A program made the translations under genes and the position numbers. Positions 58,560-64,000 of a stretch of DNA of 64,000 bases are shown piece by piece. A model generated the notes under the pieces. It did no database searches. It saw only the letters and a program-made list of their open reading frames with translations, and was not told where the DNA came from. This DNA comes from Neovahlkampfia damariscottae (taxonomy: Eukaryota): contig JABLTG010000002.1 of the NCBI GenBank assembly GCA_016618085.1, forward strand, positions 1 to 64,000, given 5' to 3'. Position 1 is the stretch's first letter, and every line of letters starts with the position of its first letter.

Positions 58560-60074
58560 TTATTTTTTAATATTTTCTTTTAAATTTTCTAAAATTTGAT
58601 AGAAATTTTTATAATTGGTGACTAAATCTTCAACATCAATAAAATATTCTTCAATAGGATTACTTTTCACTTTTAGAAATTTTTGTCTCCAATTTTGAAC
58701 TTGTTCATTTTCAATTAATAAATAACTAGTTCCTTTATTATTTCCTCTTGCACATCTTCCTGATCTATGAATAAAATTTTTCATTTTTTCTGGTTTATCA
58801 TAATTTATAACACAATCAATATCATCAATATCAATACCTCTTGACATTGAATCTGATGCAATTAAAATTGAATTTGATTCTTTTCTAAATTCATTTAAAC
58901 TTTTTTCAATTTCTTTTTTTTCTAATTTTCCATGAATTTGAAATAATGATTCATTCAAATTCATTAAAGATAAAAATGAATATAAACGAAATGCAGTTTC
59001 ATTTTGTGATGTAAAAATTACAATTTTTTTATGTAATTTTAATAATTCCATTATATATAATGGTTTATAAGTTGGATCAAATAAAACTAAAAATATCTAA
59101 AAATATATTTCAAAAATATAAATCTTAAACTTACATTTAAATTTTCAGGTAAAACATATTTAATTTTTGAATATGGTTGTGATAATGAAAAATATTGTGG
59201 TCTTGATAATTGTGATAAAATATTTGGATTTGAAGTTAAAGTTGCAGAAAATAACATTTTTCTAATAGAGGTATATGGTTTTGGTATTGGAAACATTTCA
59301 TTTTTTATATTTTTTTCATCATTTTTTGGAAATATTTCTTCAATAATTTTTGAATCATTTTGATCTGACATCATTTTATCAACTTCATCCAACACTAAAA
59401 ATTGAACATCTTTTAAATTTAATTGAAATGTTTTTTTATAATCATAAAATCTTTTTGGTGTTGAAATTAAAATATCTACTTTTAATTCATTGGTTACATT
59501 ATCTAATAAACAATATGATTTTTTGTTTGTTGTTTTTTCAAACTTTTTTATAATAGAATGAATTTGTTTTGCTAAATTTATTGTTGGTACCAATATAATT
59601 GCAGATAATCGACAAAATCTTGATTTTAAAAGTATGTTCAAAATTGGTAAAACATAACTTAATCTATTTGAAAAATTAGACCTAAAAAATAATAATAGAA
59701 TATTACGTTTTTCCAGAACCTGTAGGTGATCCTACTAAAATATCACCATTTGTTTCACTATTATGTAATGCTAAAATGATTGGAATTACAGCTCTTTGTA
59801 CAGGAAATAATTCGGAAAAATGAAAATCTTTTTTCAAAGTTTTGATTAATTTATCATTTAAACATGACTTTTCAATTGATATTCTTGAATTTGACATTAT
59901 CCAAACATTGTCTTTTTTTATATCAAACTCTTTTTTTTCAATAGGTATTTTTTCTTCTTCTTCTTCTCTTTCTGGTTCTGTTTCTTCTTCGTAACTATCT
60001 TCTTCATAATCTTCTTCAAGTTTTCTTTTCTTTGAAGGACTTTCCTCTGGTATGAACCTTTTTATTTGTATCAT
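58560..60074 (-). CDS. DDX51: DEAD-box helicase DDX51/Dbp6-like (3 exons)
   Basis: LFPVQRAVIP, SPTGSGKT, DEVD, KMLFSATLT, YVLPENL, SDSMSRGID, HRSGRCAR. Confidence 0.8.
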
Positions 60075-60144
60075 TAGACAAATATTATTGGTTGAATTTT
60101 AAAAATAAAAAAAAAACCTCTATTTTATTTTTGTAATATCAATT

Positions 60145-61311
60145 TTACCATTTTGCATAATGATCCTCTGCAACACCAATTATATTTTCAAATTCAAAAA
60201 TTTTTCCATCAACTTTAATTTCACCTGAATAAGTTCCAACATTTTGAGTAAATTTTGTATGAACCAATAAGGCATAAATATTGATTGTTTTTTCAGTTTC
60301 TTTTTTAAAATTAATTTTTGAATTTTTAACTTTTATATTGACATCAGAATTTGTAGAATAATTGATGGAAACGTCACCTAAGAAATATATTTTATCATTG
60401 ATCCAAACAACATTTTCACGATCTAAAAACCTCTCTTTTGAAGTTAAATTGATTAAAATAGTATCATTATTTTTTGATTTTCCAGCAAAACTAATCCATT
60501 TCCAAATAGTTTGTCTCAATTCTAATGAATGAGTATAATCCAATGTGGCAATTGAATCATTTAAACTACCAGTACTCGTCATCAATGATTCATTATTGAA
60601 TTTGATATCACCAGATGTAATTTTTAATGGTGATGATTTATGAGTATATGCAGTATTTTCATTAGAAAGTGGGAATACAATTGATAATTCATCACTTTTT
60701 TTGTGATATTTTTCCAAAACTATTTTGCCTTGTATTTGATTTTCATTTGTCAATTGAGCATTAAATTCAATTTCATATTTTCTTTTTTTGAAATCAAAAT
60801 ACATTTTAATTTCATTTTCAGATGATTTCCAATGAATATTTCTATCACCATTTTCAAGACAGTCAAATTTTTTTAAATTCAAACCAAATAGACTTTCTTC
60901 AGAATATTCATATTTATTTCTTTTATTGTAGAAATATATTGTAGCTTGTGATATATAACCTAAATCAACTACGAATAATGATAAAATCCAATTTGGATTT
61001 GTAATTGAATGATATTCCCATCTAGAAATATTTTTGAGGTTATTTTTTTTTTACTTTTTTAAACGATAATTTAAAGGCAAATAAGTAGTTTTTTCATGAT
61101 TTAATTTTGGTATTGGTGCTGAAAATACACCAATATTTGGTTGTTTGTTTGTGAATAATTCTGTCGGAGCATCACTAAAATTATAAAGTGATTCTTTTTG
61201 TTGTTCGGTGATTCTTGGTATTATAGAATGATACTCTTTTAAGTCACTACGAATTGTGTATCCAATAATAAACACAACAGTTGCCAACAATCTCCACAAC
61301 CAAGTCTGCAT
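60145..61311 (-). CDS. DUF2804-like (bacterial-type) protein with N-terminal signal anchor (2 exons)
   Basis: RLK|RWEY, VDLGYI, YTHK, ATLDYT, TIWKW, ENVVWINDK, GVAEDHYAKW C-terminus. Intron ~61022-61054. Confidence 0.7.
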
Positions 61312-61482
61312 TACAGAAATTAGTCCAATGAAAATTAAGTACAACAGAAAAAGTATTATTGATATCAATCAATACAAATGCAAAAAAACTGTCCCTCCAA
61401 GTTTTTGATCCGAAATTGGTTAATGTCCTTCGAATTGAATTTCCAAGACAGTTGATTGGATAAAAATTTTCAGAATAGAAAG

Positions 61483-63104
61483 ATGAAACAAGACAACCAT
61501 GTGCCAAGAAATGTGCAAAGAGTAAGAAAAACAAACTAAAATTCATCTAATAGTTGGTACAAACTAAAATATATTACATATCCACAATATTCCTTCAAAC
61601 CTATTTTGCAAAAGAACGATGGTCATTTTTTTTAGTATTTCTTGTCAATTTGTTTTTGAATGTTTGTCTTTCATTTTATGAAACAAAATCTGGAAATTTG
61701 TTAATACCTGTCAGAGCAGTTGTCAACGTCATTGCTTATCATCTGATTATTCTTTATGCCAAACACAATCCCGCACTTTTTTTATTTCTCCAGCTGATAT
61801 TTTTCAAGTATCATTATAAAGCAATTGATTTGATCAATAGAGTTCAGGGGTTAGTCTTTTTCACATGTATTTGTGCTGTTTTTTCATTATATTATTTAAG
61901 ATATCCATTGGAAGAAGTTTTATTAATACCTTTTGCTTCATATTTCTTTTTAATGTATTATTCTGCTGTTTCAGATGCTTATGAAAATGCAATTAACACT
62001 TTAGAAAAATCAAATGAATCAAGAGAAAAATTTATTAGATTATTAAGTCATGAAATTAGAACACCATTGACATCAATCATTTCAACTTGTGAATTAATGA
62101 GGGAAAATGAAAAAAATGATGAAAATTTGAATAATATTCATACTTCAAGTTCAACATTACTTAGATTATTGAATAATATTTTGAATTTTTCAAAAGGATA
62201 TTCGGATAAAATTAATTTTGAGTTTCATATTCACAATGTAAAAGATGCTTTAAAGAATGTATTTGAAATGACAAAACCGATTGCAGTTAAAAAAAACTTA
62301 AAATTGAATTTAAAAATTGATGAAGAAATTTCATCTTTGTTGTCCATTGATTTATCAAAGTTGGAACAAGTATTTTTGAATTTAATTGGAAATGCATTGA
62401 AATTTACAACAGAAGGATCAATTGATATTGAATTAAAGTCATTAAAGAAGAACAAAGAAAATGAAGAAATTTTATTTTCTGTTAAAGATACTGGTGTGGG
62501 AATTGAAAAAGAGAAAATTTCAACTATATTCGAACCATTTACACAATTTGATTCATCTACTTCAAGAAAACATGGTGGAATTGGATTGGGGTTACATATT
62601 TCTAAACAGATTATTGATGGATTGAATGGAGAATTGAATGTTGAAAGTCAACCAAATTTTGGAACTAAATTTAGTGTAATTTTAAAATTGAAACTTGAAA
62701 AGCGATTAAACATTGAAAATGAAAACTCTTTAGATATTCAAAAACACAATTTTGAAAAAGAGAAAATATTATTATGTGAAGATAATTCTGTGAATAGATT
62801 AGCAATTAAAAAAGTTTTATCAAATGTTGGATTTAATGTTGATATTTGTAAAGATGGAAATGAATTAATTCAATTGTACAAAAAGAATAAATACAAATTG
62901 ATTATTACTGATTATCATATGCCAGGTATGGATGGAATTGAAGCTTCAAAAGAAATCAAAAAAATTGACGAAAATGTATACATTATTCTGTTGACTGCTG
63001 ATTTAATGGTAACAACAGAATCTTATGAATGTATAAATGAGATTATAACAAAACCTGTAATTGGAAAAAATTTGATCAACAGATTGAGTCAAATAATGTC
63101 ATAG
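61483..63104 (+). CDS. Membrane-bound hybrid sensor histidine kinase (HisKA, HATPase, receiver), 2 exons
   Basis: SHEIRTPL, NLIGNALKFT, DTGVGI, GGIGLGL, EDN, DYHMPGMDG, KP. First exon from ATG 61483 joined by an intron ending at 61553. Confidence 0.92.
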
Positions 63105-63213
63105 TTCAATAAAACCCAAAAATAAGTAAATGATATTTTTGGTTTGTTCTTTTTTTTCATGTCGACTTCAAAATTTTAATTTGATTGGTCAATTCCAAAG
63201 CCACTAGAATACA

Positions 63214-64000
63214 ATGTTCAAGTCAGGTGAAGGACACGATGAAGTTGAAGATGAAGTTGAAGAAACTATGAGCCCAGTTAACAAAGAACTAAATAAAAAG
63301 GAGAAAAGAAAAAGTGGAAAATTTAAAATTTTTGGCGACAAAGAAAAAGTTTTAAAAGACGCTTTAAAAAACAGTGAAGAAGTAAATTCTAGGGTTTATA
63401 CTATGGTTAAACAATCTATTTTGATTTCCAAACATTCCAGAGAACTTTTTGACGAATATGACAATTTCAAAATTTTATTCAGAACAACAAAGAAAAAAAA
63501 AGGAAAAAAAGATGAAGATAAAAATAAAGAAGAATCAAAAGAAGAATCAAAAGAATTAGAAATGAGAGATTTTAATGGTCATATATTTACAGATATTAGA
63601 AAAATATGTTTCATTTCTGATGAAGATTACTTAAAATCAATGGGAGGTGAATTTCAGTTAGCTATGGGTGCTGGAAAAGGTTCTAATTTTATAATGAAAA
63701 CAAATGATAATAAATATATTTTAAAATCAATAACAAAAGAAGAATCTGATGAATGTAGATTGTTTATGAAAGAATTTGCAAATTATTTTCAATCAAACTT
63801 GAATACTTTAATATTACCAATATTAGGACATCATAAAATTAATTTTACTTTCAAAGAAATTAATTTTATTGTTATGGAAAATTTATTTGTAACAAAACCA
63901 GATGAAAGTTATGATTTAAAAGGATCAAGTGGTAAGATGATATATATCATATTTATATTTTCCAACAAGTTGGTAGAAATGCAAATGAAAAAGAAAAAGA
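63214..64000 (+). CDS. Phosphatidylinositol phosphate kinase (PIP5K/PIP4K family), 3' end outside window
   Basis: FTDIRK, YLKS, GKGS, KYILKS, FIVMENLF, YDLKGS|VGR. Absent from the ORF track. Confidence 0.88.
   Translation, partial: MFKSGEGHDEVEDEVEETMSPVNKELNKKEKRKSGKFKIFGDKEKVLKDALKNSEEVNSRVYTMVKQSILISKHSRELFDEYDNFKILFRTTKKKKGKKDEDKNKEESKEESKELEMRDFNGHIFTDIRKICFISDEDYLKSMGGEFQLAMGAGKGSNFIMKTNDNKYILKSITKEESDECRLFMKEFANYFQSNLNTLILPILGHHKINFTFKEINFIVMENLFVTKPDESYDLKGSSGKMIYIIFIFSNKLVEMQMKKKK

Noticed and set aside
61483..63104. Bacterial contamination suggested by the His kinase, GNAT and DUF2804 genes
   Set aside because: They are interleaved with intron-bearing eukaryotic genes and have host-type CCAAT promoters. 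The kinase and DUF2804 genes contain introns.
1..64000. Stop-codon reassignment or programmed frameshifting to explain fragmented ORFs
   Set aside because: Every break examined in intact genes is resolved by a short GT-AG intron, and TAA, TAG and TGA all serve as real stops.
1..64000. CRISPR arrays, rRNA, tRNA or telomeric repeats
   Set aside because: None recognised. Repeats seen are coding GAA/TCT runs and homopolymers.

Overview
This is a very AT-rich, gene-dense stretch of a eukaryotic protist nuclear genome read in the standard code. By manual splicing it holds about 42 genes with tiny (~27-42 nt) GT-AG introns and intergenic gaps mostly under 100 nt. DUF4116 repeats, 7TM-RGS, Naegleria-style EGF repeats and a hybrid His kinase suggest a heterolobosean/discoban amoeba (inference only). 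Recognisable genes include PRP3, FANCE, COMMD10, a carnitine acyltransferase, DDX60, MCM2, ATP synthase delta, Apollo/SNM1B, ATG16L, TMEM18, DDX51 and a PIP kinase. The most striking find is a 15-exon gene (35338-38883), fragmented in the ORF track, that encodes a STRA6/RBP-receptor-like membrane protein fused to a degenerate calmodulin-like domain. Calmodulin is the known constitutive partner of vertebrate STRA6. Other notable items: an LRR-hemolysin-III/PAQR fusion beside DDX60, a tail-anchored transsulfuration enzyme, two bacterial-type genes, a CCAAT box upstream of almost every start codon, and AATAAA overlapping the stop codon in about half the genes. All homology calls come from recalled motifs, not searches. 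No rRNA, tRNA or CRISPR was seen.
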